This document shows positions 63,520 to 64,000 of a stretch of DNA of 64,000 nucleotides, piece after piece (the first letter of the stretch is position 1; each line of letters starts with the position of its first letter). The DNA lies in assembly GCF_001194135.2 (NCBI RefSeq), contig NC_068985.1, forward strand, positions 43,992,878 through 44,056,877. The letters run 5' to 3'. Source of the stretch: Octopus bimaculoides (Eukaryota). The notes below the pieces were generated by a model. The model was not told the DNA's origin. It made no database searches and saw only the letters and a list, made by a program, of their open reading frames with translations. A program made the translations under genes and the position numbers.

Positions 63520-63752
63520 AAGGCAGCAAGCTGGCAGAAATGTTAGCACACTGGGTGAAATGTTTAGTGGTATTTCGTCTGCCGTTACATTCTGAATTCA
63601 AATTCTGCCAAGGTCAACTTTGCCTTTCATCCTTTCAGAGTCAATTAAATAAGTACCAGTTATGCACTGGGGTCGATGTAATCGACAAAATCCCTTTGTC
63701 TGTCCTTGTTTGTCCCTCTGTGTTTAGCCCCCTGTGGGCAATAAAGAAATAT
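63520..63752 (+). mobile_element. SINE family B
   Basis: ggcagcaagctggcagaaatgttagcac...gggcaataaagaaat. Confidence 0.92.
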
Positions 63753-64000
63753 ATATTTATATAGATAGGGTGATAAATTGAATATTAATTCAATTTAAAA
63801 CCAAGTGGCCTAGCATATAAAAAAAATCTGAAAATTCAGAAAAAATTGTACCACACGTGTATAAGGGATGACCACTAGGTGGACATCCAATATGCTAGAA
63901 AGAGGTCATCAACGACCCAACCACAAAGAAAAATAATGTTCTCCAGAAAAATTTCGCAAAAACACCAGAACAGGACAAAATGAGAAATATACAGAATAAA

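Overview
Eukaryotic, AT-rich, repeat-saturated genomic DNA from a draft assembly with 7 N-gaps. The repeat repertoire (tRNA-headed CORE-like SINEs, RTE/RTE-X LINEs with (CAT)n tails, R4/Dong LINEs with (TAA)n tails, dense TA/CA/GA/GAT microsatellites) looks to me like octopus (coleoid cephalopod) DNA; this is my recognition, not a database result. I can support no intact host protein-coding gene, no rRNA, no true tRNA gene and no CRISPR array. Most ORFs in the supplied track are microsatellite, N-gap or retroelement artefacts. Supported content: about ten LINE fragments (RTE, RTE-X, Expander/Rex3-like, two R4/Dong), one DD37D-like mariner remnant, MITEs with TA or TTAA target sites, three SINE families plus RTE-tail elements, and local tandem repeats. 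The most interesting unexplained items are an ~87-bp Cys/His-encoding tandem array (22085-22690) and several minus-strand segments with good splice signals and decayed reading frames that may be a pseudogenised multi-exon gene. I could not assign them to a family and did not find a demonstrably new biological system. Repeat boundaries are approximate unless termini are quoted.
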